A stretch of 64,000 nt of DNA, from positions 32,001 through 96,000 of the forward strand of contig CAVTHS010000006.1 of assembly GCA_963734535.1 (NCBI GenBank), in the 5' to 3' direction. The notes beneath the pieces are model-generated. The model made no database searches, was not told the DNA's origin, and saw only the letters and a program-made list of their open reading frames with translations. Shown here piece after piece: positions 55,522 to 64,000 of this stretch; the stretch's first letter is position 1; each line of letters opens with the position of its first letter. Made by a program: the position numbers and the translations under genes. The DNA is from an uncultured Chloroflexia bacterium (GTDB taxonomy: Bacteria; Chloroflexota; Limnocylindria; Limnocylindrales; CSP1-4).

Positions 55522-55619
55522 CGGCGGATTGTATGGAGGCACATGGCGCCGGGGGAACCCCGAAGGCACGGGGTGTCGCCGCCCTGTTCGGGGACACAGG
55601 CGACCCGCATACTGGGCCG

Positions 55620-55820
55620 ATGATCGGACGTATCGCGGCCGCCGTGAGGAAGCATCGACCCGGTTACTGGCTGGTCGCGAGCCCGGTCCACGCGACCATT
55701 CCGCGGTTGGACCACTTCGGCCCGCACAACGCCGTCGAGTGGGTCATCTGGGTCGCTGCGATCGTCGTGGTCGGCTTCATCGCCTGGCGGGTCATCGATC
55801 GGCGGCTTCCGCCGGACTGA
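55620..55820 (+). CDS. Small single-TM hypothetical protein
   Basis: EWVIWVAAIVVVGFIAWRVIDRR hydrophobic stretch; CATACT 6 nt before the ATG; start uncertain. Confidence 0.4.
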   Translation: MIGRIAAAVRKHRPGYWLVASPVHATIPRLDHFGPHNAVEWVIWVAAIVVVGFIAWRVIDRRLPPD

Positions 55821-55904
55821 GCGAACACCCGGCCGTCGCCCGCCGGGGCCCGGTCGCACGGTGCTACGCTGCCCGCGATCACCCAACGGGAGAGCCCTGC
55901 AACC

Positions 55905-57137
55905 ATGACCTCGATCGTCGACGCGTCCGGCTATCTCTTCACCTCGGAATCGGTGACCGAGGGTCACCCCGACAAGATGTGCGACCAGATCTCGGACGCC
56001 ATCCTCGACGCGATCATTCGCGACGACCCGGACGCGCGCGTCGCGTGCGAGACGGCCACCACCACGGGCCTCGTCCTCGTGCTCGGGGAGATCACGACCT
56101 CGACCTACATCGATTTCCAGGGCGTCGTCCGCGACACGGTCAAGGAGATCGGCTACACCCGCGCCGAGTACGGATTCGACTACCTGACGTGCGGGACGCT
56201 GGTCAGCATCAAGGAGCAGTCGCCCGACATCTCCCAGGGCGTCGACGCGTCGCTCGAGGTCCGCGAGGACGGCACCGCGCTCCACGAGCTCGGCGCCGGC
56301 GACCAGGGGATGATGTTCGGCTTCGCATGCCGCGAGACGCCGGAGCTGATGCCGCTGCCGATCGCGCTCGCGCACCGCCTGGCGCGCCGCCTCGCGGAGG
56401 CCCGCAAGTCCGGCCAGCTCCCGTACCTGCGGCCCGATGGCAAGACCCAGGTCACGGTGGAGTACGACCGGGGCGTGCCCGTGCGCGTGCGGACGGTGGT
56501 CGTCGCGTCGCAACACGACCCGGATGTCCGCGCGGAGCGGATCCGGCGCGACATCGTCGAATCCGTGATCCTCCCGACGATCCCGGCGGACCTCCGTCCC
56601 ACGGACCCGGTCATGCACGTCAACCCGACCGGTCGATTCGTGATCGGCGGTCCGATGGGCGACGCCGGCCTCACCGGCCGGAAGATCATCGTCGACACCT
56701 ACGGCGGGATGGCCCGCCACGGGGGCGGCGCGTTTTCCGGCAAGGACCCGACGAAGGTCGACCGCTCTGCGGCCTACGCCGCCCGCTGGGTCGCCAAGAA
56801 CGTGGTCGCCGCCGGGCTTGCCGATCGCTTCGAGATCGAGCTCGCCTACGGGATCGGGATCGCCCGCCCGCTGTCGGTCTCGATCGAGACGTTCGGGACC
56901 GGGCAGGTTGACGACGACGTCCTCCGCGCCGCGATCGACCGGAACTTCGACCTGCGACCCGCCTCGATCATCGAGGCCCTGGACCTTCGACGGCCGATCT
57001 ACCGGCAGACCGCGGCGTACGGCCACTTCGGCCGGCCCGACCTGGACCTCCCCTGGGAGCGCACTGACAAGGCGGCCCTGCTCGCCGCGGACTGCGGGCG
57101 TACCGCGCCCGCCGGCATGGGGTCCGGCCCGGCCTGA
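55905..57137 (+). CDS. metK: S-adenosylmethionine synthetase
   Basis: [41 protein letters not shown]. Confidence 0.99.
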   Translation: MTSIVDASGYLFTSESVTEGHPDKMCDQISDAILDAIIRDDPDARVACETATTTGLVLVLGEITTSTYIDFQGVVRDTVKEIGYTRAEYGFDYLTCGTLVSIKEQSPDISQGVDASLEVREDGTALHELGAGDQGMMFGFACRETPELMPLPIALAHRLARRLAEARKSGQLPYLRPDGKTQVTVEYDRGVPVRVRTVVVASQHDPDVRAERIRRDIVESVILPTIPADLRPTDPVMHVNPTGRFVIGGPMGDAGLTGRKIIVDTYGGMARHGGGAFSGKDPTKVDRSAAYAARWVAKNVVAAGLADRFEIELAYGIGIARPLSVSIETFGTGQVDDDVLRAAIDRNFDLRPASIIEALDLRRPIYRQTAAYGHFGRPDLDLPWERTDKAALLAADCGRTAPAGMGSGPA

Positions 57138-57142
57138 CGCCG

Positions 57143-58327
57143 ATGTACGCGGTGATCCTCGCCGGCGGCGGCGGCACGCGCCTCTGGCCACTCTCGCGGC
57201 CGGATCGACCGAAGCCGTTCCTGCCGCTGCTCGGCGAACGGACGCTCCTGCGCGCGACGTTCGACCGACTGGTTCCCGAGCTCCTCGCAGCCGCCGACGT
57301 CGTCGTCGTCACCGACCGCCGGTACGCTGCGCTCGTGCTCGAGGAGCTGCCCGAGCTGGACCGCCCGCAGGTGCTCGGCGAGCCAACCGGGCGGAACACG
57401 GCTGCGGCCATTGCGTACGCGGCGGCCGCGATCGACCGACCGCCGGGTGACGTCATGCTGGTGCTGCCGGCAGACCATCTCGTCCGCGACGAGGGGGCGT
57501 TCCGGGCGTTGCTGCGCGAAGCGGCAGGGCTCGCCGCTGAGGCGGCACCGGGGACCGGCCTGCCGTCGCTCGTGACCCTGGGCATCGCACCCTCCGGCCC
57601 GGAGACCGGGTACGGCTACATCGTCACGGCGGGGCCCCGGGCGGGCGCGCCTGGGGCGGACGCGCCGGGGGGCCGCGCGCCTGGAGCGGGCGTGCAGCGG
57701 CCCGATCTGCCGGCCCGCCGGCCGGCGACGTCGGGTGCGCTCCCGGTGGCGCGGTTCGTGGAGAAGCCATCGGCGGAGGCGGCGGCTGCGCTCCTCGCGG
57801 GCCCGGCGACTGTTGCCTGGAACGCGGGGATCTTCGCCTGGCGCCGCGATTCCATCCGGGCGGCCCTCGCGGCGCACGCGCCGGACATCCTCGCGGAGGT
57901 GGAGGCGGGCGTGCGCGCGACCGCCGGGGATCGGGCCGCGCTGGACGCTGCCTACGCGACCCTCCGGGCCACCTCCATCGACTACGCGGTCATGGAACCG
58001 GCGTCGCAGGTCGGCAACGTCGCGATGATCGGCGCGGACGTCGGCTGGAGCGACCTCGGCAGCTGGGCAGCCCTCCGCGACGCGCTCGTTGCGCAGGCCG
58101 TGGCGGCCGGCGAGCCGGCGGGGGTGGTCGGCTTCGGCGCCCGCCGCGACCGCGGCTCCGAGTCCACGCTGGTGATGAGTGGCGCCAGGCTCGTCGTGAC
58201 CATCGGCCTGCGCGATACCATCGTGGTCGACACGCCCGACGCGCTGCTCGTCTGCGCCGCGGACCGCTCCCAGGAGGTCCGGGCCATCGCGGAGGAGCTG
58301 GCACGGGCGCGGGAGGAGGACACGTGA
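57143..58327 (+). CDS. manC: Mannose-1-phosphate guanylyltransferase
   Basis: ILAGGGGTRLWPLSR..RPK, GRNTA, PADH, ETGYGYI, FVEKP, SIDYAVME, WSDLGSW. Confidence 0.93.
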   Translation: MYAVILAGGGGTRLWPLSRPDRPKPFLPLLGERTLLRATFDRLVPELLAAADVVVVTDRRYAALVLEELPELDRPQVLGEPTGRNTAAAIAYAAAAIDRPPGDVMLVLPADHLVRDEGAFRALLREAAGLAAEAAPGTGLPSLVTLGIAPSGPETGYGYIVTAGPRAGAPGADAPGGRAPGAGVQRPDLPARRPATSGALPVARFVEKPSAEAAAALLAGPATVAWNAGIFAWRRDSIRAALAAHAPDILAEVEAGVRATAGDRAALDAAYATLRATSIDYAVMEPASQVGNVAMIGADVGWSDLGSWAALRDALVAQAVAAGEPAGVVGFGARRDRGSESTLVMSGARLVVTIGLRDTIVVDTPDALLVCAADRSQEVRAIAEELARAREEDT

Positions 58328-59799
58328 CGATCACGGAGGCGCCGCGCCCCTCGACCATCGTCTTCGGCACGGACGGCTGGCGGGCGAAGGTCGCCGACGA
58401 CTTCACGTTCGAGAACGTGCGCCGCTGCGCCGAGGGGGTCGCCCGTTACGTCGTCGACCGCGGCGAGCAGGCAAAGGGCGTCGTCCTCGCCTATGACCGG
58501 CGCTTCGCCTCCGAGCATTTCGCTGCCGCCGCGGCCGAGGTCCTCCTGGCCTACGAGATCCCGGTCGCGTATGCAAGCTCCGCGGTCCCGACCCAGATGT
58601 CCAGCTACGAGGTGGTCCAGCGCGGGGCGGCCGCGGGCATCGTCATCACGGCGAGCCACAACCCCTGGACGGACAACGGCTTCAAGGTCAAGTCGCCGAC
58701 CGGCGCGGCGGCCGGGCCGGAGCTCCTCGAGGTCCTCGAGCGGACGATCGCGGGCAACGGAGGTGCGGCGATCCCGCGGCGGCCGTTCGCGGACGCGGAG
58801 GCGGCCGGCCTCGTCGAGCGCTACGACCCGTATCCGGGCTACGAGCGGTTCGTGCGCCGCACCGTCGACCTCGACGCGCTGCGGGCGGCCGACGCGACGA
58901 TCCTCGTGGAGCCAATGTGGGGCGCCGGGGCGGGCTGGCTCAGTCGCCTGCTCGCGGGTGGCAGGATCCGCGTCACCGAGCTGCACACGGAGCGCAACCC
59001 GTACTTCGGCGGCGTCAACCCCGAGCCCATCCGGCCGAACATCGACGAGGCGCTCGGGGTCGTGGCGGCCGGTGGGTTCGATCTCGGGCTGCTGCTGGAC
59101 GGCGATGCCGACCGCGCCGGCGCGATCGACGAGCGGGGTGTCTTCGTCCACCAGCTCCAGGTGTACGGCCTGCTCATGTACTACCTGGTCGAGCATCGCG
59201 GGATGCATGCCCCGGTGGTCAAGAGCGTCAACGAGACGTCGATGGCCGAACGCCTGGGCGAGCGCTACGGGATTCCCGTCCACGAGACGCCGGTCGGCTT
59301 CAAGTACGTCGGCCCGAAGATGATCGAGACGGGCGCGATGTACGGCGGCGAGGAATCCGGCGGCTACGGGTTCGGCATGCACCTGCCCGAGCGCGACGGC
59401 ATCTACGCCAACCTGCTCCTGCTGGACCTCGCCCTGCGCGAGCGGGTCGCCGGCCGCTGGCCCTTCTCCAGGGCGATCGCGCACCTGCACGAGATCGCCG
59501 GGCCGTCGTTCTACCAGCGCGTGGACATCCACGTGGACCGGGCGGTCTACGCGTCCGTCAAGGAGCGTCTCCTCGTCGAGCTCGTCGACAGGGCGCCGGC
59601 GGAGCTGGCCGGCCAGCCGGTCACGCGGACGGTGGCGCTGACCACCGGGGACGGGTTCAAGTTCTTCATCGCGGATGGCTCGTGGCTCCTGGTCCGCTTC
59701 AGCGGCACCGAGCCGCTCGTCCGCGTCTACACGGAGGCGACCTCGGGGGCTGCAGCCGACGCGTGCGTCGCGGCCGGCGAGGCGCTCGTCCGGGGCTGA
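58324..59799 (+). CDS. Phosphomannomutase/phosphoglucomutase
   Basis: FGTDGWR, TASHNP, DGDADR, GGEESGG, RFSGTEP. Confidence 0.95.
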   Translation: MTITEAPRPSTIVFGTDGWRAKVADDFTFENVRRCAEGVARYVVDRGEQAKGVVLAYDRRFASEHFAAAAAEVLLAYEIPVAYASSAVPTQMSSYEVVQRGAAAGIVITASHNPWTDNGFKVKSPTGAAAGPELLEVLERTIAGNGGAAIPRRPFADAEAAGLVERYDPYPGYERFVRRTVDLDALRAADATILVEPMWGAGAGWLSRLLAGGRIRVTELHTERNPYFGGVNPEPIRPNIDEALGVVAAGGFDLGLLLDGDADRAGAIDERGVFVHQLQVYGLLMYYLVEHRGMHAPVVKSVNETSMAERLGERYGIPVHETPVGFKYVGPKMIETGAMYGGEESGGYGFGMHLPERDGIYANLLLLDLALRERVAGRWPFSRAIAHLHEIAGPSFYQRVDIHVDRAVYASVKERLLVELVDRAPAELAGQPVTRTVALTTGDGFKFFIADGSWLLVRFSGTEPLVRVYTEATSGAAADACVAAGEALVRG

Positions 59800-60014
59800 T
59801 CGGGCGCCTCCCGCGCTGTCGACCGGCCGGGTCGCCGGCCGGGTCGACCGGCCCGTGATGTCCGGCCGTCTGGCGCACCGGCGGGACGTCCGGCCCGCGC
59901 CCTTCTTGGCGGGGGGTTGTACTCTTCCTGAAACAACCGCTCGCCGGTCGACCGGACGATTCGACCGGGCGGCGGCCTCTCTTGGCCCAGTGTGACAACG
60001 GAGGGAACGCCGCG

Positions 60015-60296
60015 ATGCACAGCTCTCTCATCGGCAAGGTCGAGAAGGCAAATCGGTACGCACGCGAGCAGGACCGCGTGGAGTTCGATCGCCTCAGCGT
60101 CACGTTCCGTGGGGACAACGACACCCACCATGTGAGCCTCGACGCCGGTGCCTGGCACTGCACGTGCCACTACTTCGAGAGCTGGCAGAGCTGCGTCCAT
60201 CAGCTCACCCTCCAGAAGATCCTCGGGCAGATGCTGCGCGAAGAGGCGCAGATCTCGATCTTCAGCGCTCCCGCGGCCGAGGCGCTGCCCGGCTGA
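60015..60296 (+). CDS. Small SWIM-type zinc-finger protein
   Basis: MHSSLIGKVEKANRYA...CTCHYF....CVH (CxC-n-CxH); GGAGG RBS. Confidence 0.8.
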   Translation: MHSSLIGKVEKANRYAREQDRVEFDRLSVTFRGDNDTHHVSLDAGAWHCTCHYFESWQSCVHQLTLQKILGQMLREEAQISIFSAPAAEALPG

Positions 60297-60319
60297 CGCC
60301 CCGGGCCCGACCGCCGAGG

Positions 60320-60409
60320 GCCGGGACCCGACGCCCGCCTCTCCACCGGCCGACCGCCGGGACCCGACGCGTGCGGCATTCGACCGGCCGACGGCCGGGA
60401 CCCCGACAC
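60320..60409 (+). repeat. Three degenerate direct repeats with 36-38-nt period
   Basis: GCCGGGACCCGACGC at 60320 and 60356, variant at 60394; copies 2 and 3 preceded by ACCGGCCGAC. Confidence 0.55.
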
Positions 60410-60495
60410 GCCGAGGCCCGCGTGATCGCTGCCGGCTGATCTCCGGACCTTTCCTGTCGCGTCGCCCGTCCGCCACGGTTCTCTTGGCGGCCCAG

Positions 60496-61628
60496 TCACG
60501 GCAGCCACGTCGGCCAGCCCGGGGTGAGGCCGTCGGGTTGTGCGAGCCGGGGACCCGCGCGCCACGCGTCGCTCGCGCGCTCGTAGATGGCGAGCGAGCC
60601 AGGGCCCGCGTCGCCCGGCTGCACGACCATCGCGAGGAAGCGTCCGTCGCGGCTGAGCGCAAACCCGCCCGACACCAGGTCCGCCCCGGGCAACACCGGG
60701 CCGGATCCCGGCAGGCGGCGCGACGTGAGCACCGACGCGGTCGGCCCGACGACGAGGCGGTCGCCCGTCAACGCCACGGACGTGCGGCCGTCACCCGAAG
60801 TCCCGAATGCATACGCACGGACCTGCAGCCGGTCCAGGACACGCCCGTCCGATACGGCGAGGAGGCCGAGGAACAGGCGGTCGAACCGGTCGCGCTGCAC
60901 GATCGCCACGCGCGCCTCGTCGACCCACGCGGGCGGGACCCCCTCGGTCTCGTCCGCGAGCCGGTTGATCTCGCGTCGTCCGCTGGCCGGGTCGATGACG
61001 ACGAGGGCGCTCGGCGATTGGGTGTCCCCGGGCCGCGCGATCGCCGCGACCCGGGTCCCGTCCGGCGACGCGGTCGCCGACCAGATGAACGCGCCCGCGG
61101 GCATCTCTCCGGGTCCGCTGAGCGCAAGGGCGCGCCACGCGGTGCCGGACGCCAGCCCGTCAGGCCCGCGCTGGGCCACGAAGGCCCGACCGTCGCGGAG
61201 GACGGCCACGAGCCGGCCGCCCGCGATGGGAGCCAGCGCGGTCGACGGACGGATCGGGAAGCGGAACCGGGATGACCTCGCCCGAGAGCCGGACGAGGCT
61301 GAGCGAGGCCGTCTCGCCGTCGAAGGCGAGCAGGAGAAGCTCCGACCCGGTGGGCGCCACGGTCGGAGCAACCGGGGATGCCTCCGCGAGTGTCGGGATC
61401 GGCCGTGGCGTTGGTGAGGCGGGCGTCTCCGGGCCGGATGCCAGGGCAGCCGGACTCGTGGTCGTGTCGATCGATGGCGGGCCGGTGGGGACTGCGGGCG
61501 CGCACCCGGCGAGCATGACCGCGACCGATAGAACCACGCTCGGCACGGGAGTCGCGACGCGGCGGCTCCTCGCCCGGCGGCCGGCCGGGCGAGGAGCAGA
61601 CGAGCAGATCCGGCGGGACGCTGCTCAT
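60496..61628 (-). CDS. Beta-propeller (TolB/WD40-like) lipoprotein; apparent frameshifts near 61570 and 61250
   Basis: Lipobox LAGC, Pro/Thr linker, repeats ASPDGTRVA, TSGDGRT, LSRDGRFLA; ATGA overlap with the upstream gene. Confidence 0.65.
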
Positions 61629-62557
61629 CGCAGGACGTCGCCCCCGATGAGCGCTCCGGTGCCCGCGTCGAGGTAGAGCTTCACGGCGCGAAGCGCGTCG
61701 GCGAGCGGTCCCGACGTGCGGGCCTCGACGACCCACGCCAGGCGTAACGTTGCGCCGGGCGCGTCCGGCCCGGTCGGGTCGAAGACGCTGTTCGGCGCGA
61801 CCCAGCCCAGGCCGAGCGTGGCGATGCTGACCTGGCCCGCGCGGCTGCCGAAGATCGTCCCGAGGGTCGTCGTCGCCCGTGCGCGCGCCGCGGCCTCGTC
61901 GAGCGTTGACGCGGGCCGCGCGGCGAGGGGCCGCTCGGTTCGGACGACCGCGTGCATCCGGCCATCGGGCCAGAGATCCAGGCGGACGCCGTCACCGACG
62001 ACCGGCACGCCGTCAACGACCCGGGGCCAGGTGAGCGTCCAGCCGGTGTCGTCGGGACCCTGCCGGACATCCGGCGCGCCAGCCGTGTCGAGGCCCAGGT
62101 CCGTCGCAAGACGATTCGCCCGGGCACGCGCCGCAGCGGCGCTCGGCATCGGCGGACCGCCGGCCGCCTGCCAGCCGAACGCGACGGCGCCCACGAGGCG
62201 CCCGCGTGCGTCGAACCGGTGGAGCTGGAGGGTCCGGCCCGTGCGATCGCTCTCGGTGACTTCGTCGTACGCGGTGCCGTCGAACCGGTCGACGACCCGT
62301 TCCACGCGCGACGAAGCCGGTTCGGGCAGGCCGAGGCGCGACCGGACCTCGGCCGCGCGCGCCAGGGCGGCAGCGGCCTTGCCCGGGGTCACCGGCGTCC
62401 GCTCGGTGACGGGACCGCCGGCGACGAAGCGATCCGCCGCGGCGCCCGTGGACGTCCCGCCCGGGAAGCCGAGCGCGATGGCCGTGCCGGCGACCGCGAC
62501 CGCGGCAAGGAGGCGTGTGGCGCGACGCCGCGCCGGGAAGCAGAGACGTGTGCGCAT
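61625..62557 (-). CDS. Secreted FTP/PepSY propeptide-like protein without a protease domain
   Basis: Signal peptide; WPRVVDGVPVVGD, LDEAAA, LRLAWVV, LYLDAGTGALI resemble M4/M36 propeptide motifs. Confidence 0.6.
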   Translation of the reverse strand: MRTRLCFPARRRATRLLAAVAVAGTAIALGFPGGTSTGAAADRFVAGGPVTERTPVTPGKAAAALARAAEVRSRLGLPEPASSRVERVVDRFDGTAYDEVTESDRTGRTLQLHRFDARGRLVGAVAFGWQAAGGPPMPSAAAARARANRLATDLGLDTAGAPDVRQGPDDTGWTLTWPRVVDGVPVVGDGVRLDLWPDGRMHAVVRTERPLAARPASTLDEAAARARATTTLGTIFGSRAGQVSIATLGLGWVAPNSVFDPTGPDAPGATLRLAWVVEARTSGPLADALRAVKLYLDAGTGALIGGDVLR

Positions 62558-62567
62558 CGTGATCACC

Positions 62568-63323
62568 TCACAGACAGCTTGTGCAGCCGGACGGCAGGGG
62601 TCCTGCCCGCCCCGTCCACACGTAGCTGCCGTACCAGTTGGCGGCGAAGCCAGCGTTGAACGAGCCGAGCCGGGCGACGTCGAAGGCCTGGCCAACGCCG
62701 TAGCCGGGCCCGATCGCGCTCCAGAACCGCGTCTCGAACGCGTACTCGTCGCTGTCCCAGGCTTCGCCGAGATACCCGAGGTAGAAGCTCGGGCCGGCCC
62801 AGGCGCCCCACCCGGCCTTCGTCTTCGCGATGGCGAAGGCGCCGGGCATCGTCGTCGCGGACTCGCCGAGGTGGCAGGTCGACATGATCACGAGGTTCGA
62901 CGCGCGCCCGCGCCGCACGGCCGCGATGTCGCGGGCGAAGACGATCCGGGACCCGCTGCAGATCCCCGCGTCCTCGCGGAAGCCGAAGTCGCGCGTCGAG
63001 CCGGAGTAGGCGTAGTTGTCGCCGTGGCTGTGGACGTAGAACCCCCAATCGTTGAGGGTCCGTGACAGCACCTGCGTCTTGGTGAACGCCGTCCCGCTGT
63101 ACGCGGTCGTGGCGTACCCCAGGTTGCGGTAGCCGGCGACCGCGGCCGAGAGCATCCGCGCTGGGTACGTGTCGTTGAAGCCGATGCAGTTGAACGAGAA
63201 CGAGGTCGTGTTCGAGTCCGCGGACGCCTGGTACGCGGCGCGCGCGGGACCCGCGGCCGCCGCCACGAGCGCGGCCGCACCGACGAGGGCGGCGAAGGAA
63301 CGAAGCCATCGGCCGGGAGACAT
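62568..63323 (-). CDS. Secreted caspase/gingipain-like (clan CD) cysteine peptidase candidate
   Basis: Signal peptide ending PARA|A; FYVHSHG and LVIMSTC His-Cys dyad motifs; GGAGG RBS. Confidence 0.6.
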   Translation of the reverse strand: MSPGRWLRSFAALVGAAALVAAAAGPARAAYQASADSNTTSFSFNCIGFNDTYPARMLSAAVAGYRNLGYATTAYSGTAFTKTQVLSRTLNDWGFYVHSHGDNYAYSGSTRDFGFREDAGICSGSRIVFARDIAAVRRGRASNLVIMSTCHLGESATTMPGAFAIAKTKAGWGAWAGPSFYLGYLGEAWDSDEYAFETRFWSAIGPGYGVGQAFDVARLGSFNAGFAANWYGSYVWTGRAGPLPSGCTSCL

Positions 63324-63534
63324 CCATGAACCTCCTCCGGCGGGAACGAGTGGGCGGCGGACCGAGCGGCTGCCGGCGAGGAGGCGAGTGACGGCAGTCT
63401 GCCCGCCCGCCATTCACGGGCCCTTATCGGGCGGTCGGTCCGGCCGGCGAAGGCCCGGCGGCGGCGCCCGCGGCAGCCGCCACGCCGCAGTCGTGGCGCC
63501 CGCCGACGGCCGCACCCGTGCTACGCTGCTGCCC

Positions 63535-63640
63535 GTCACCACCCCGCCGCGTGGTCGCGAAGCCGGTGAGATTCCGGCACAGTCCCGCTACGGTGACCGC
63601 CGTTCCAGCAACGGCGGAAGTCCGGTCGCCGGCCCCGCGG
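63535..63640 (+). ncRNA. Cobalamin riboswitch
   Basis: GAAGCCGGTGAGATTCCGGCACAGTCCCGCTACGGTGA core and AAGTCCGGTCGCCGGCC B12-box-like 3' strand; TACGCT -10 at 63522-63527. Boundaries approximate. Confidence 0.88.
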
Positions 63641-63784
63641 CAGAGCCGCACGTACCCTCGCGAGAAAGGGGCAGGCAGGCATGATCCCGACCGGCTGATC
63701 CTCGCCCGTCGTTGGCGTGCGTCCCGTGGTTCCGAGCCAGGAGCCACGCGTTCGCGTCGATCGCAACCCCGTGCGAGAGGTCCG

Positions 63785-64000
63785 ATGATCCTCACCCGTG
63801 CCCGCCGGCGGCCCGCCGGCTTCCTCACCCTTTCGGCGCTCATTGCCGCCATCCTTGCCGGCTGTGGCGCCGCGGCCCCGGTCGTGCCCGCCACGATCGG
63901 CCCGTCGCCGACTGCCGTCATCGCGGCCGCGGCGACCGGGACGCCGCCTCCCGCGTCGCTCGCGCCATCACCGGGGCCCTCCGCGGCGGCGGTGGCCTAC
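63785..64000 (+). CDS. Lipoprotein, probable cobalamin ABC substrate-binding protein (partial)
   Basis: [27 protein letters not shown] lipobox, P/A/T linker, GAGAGG RBS; function inferred only from the upstream riboswitch. Confidence 0.65.
   Translation, partial: MILTRARRRPAGFLTLSALIAAILAGCGAAAPVVPATIGPSPTAVIAAAATGTPPPASLAPSPGPSAAAVAY

Noticed and set aside
48300-55600. Genomic island or mobile element around the copper operon
   Set aside because: No integrase, transposase, tRNA target or flanking direct repeats, and no obvious compositional shift.
55820-55904. SAM riboswitch upstream of metK
   Set aside because: A -10 hexamer (TACGCT, 55865-55870) leaves only about 30 nt of leader, and no SAM-I/IV core motifs were recognised; an Rfam scan would settle it.
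60300-60420. Possible mini-CRISPR array
   Set aside because: Repeats degenerate, spacers only about 10-12 nt, no cas genes or AT-rich leader.

Overview
Very GC-rich, mostly core chromosomal region. The gene order and the SWIM-finger protein suggest Chloroflexota, possibly Limnocylindria/Ellin6529; this is inference, not a database result. In order: (1) rpsT, lepA, hemW, then hrcA-grpE-dnaK behind a tandem CIRCE, an inserted NodIJ-like ABC exporter and ppgK, dnaJ-prmA-HIT, rpsU-yqeY-pgpH-ybeY-pth-mfd. (2) A glycerol/dihydroxyacetone locus (glpF-dhaK-dhaL-glpK-glpABC-dhaM-panE, then plsY), preceded by an extra dhaM-dhaL pair and a divergent operon in which a catalytically degenerate DhaL is translationally coupled to a soluble GAF/PAS histidine kinase and an OmpR-family regulator. 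(3) apt, a degenerate MtnA, GNAT, ahcY and an S9 peptidase. (4) A minus-strand copper-uptake-like operon headed by a His-rich membrane protein with a RAPP ribosome-arrest motif. (5) metK-manC-PMM, a SWIM protein, a secreted caspase-like peptidase/PepSY-like/beta-propeller triad, and a cobalamin riboswitch before a lipoprotein. Many single-base frameshifts, including in housekeeping genes, look like assembly errors. No tRNA, rRNA, CRISPR array or mobile element was seen. Best novelty candidates: the DhaL*-kinase-regulator sensing system, the RAPP-controlled copper operon and the MtnA pseudoenzyme.
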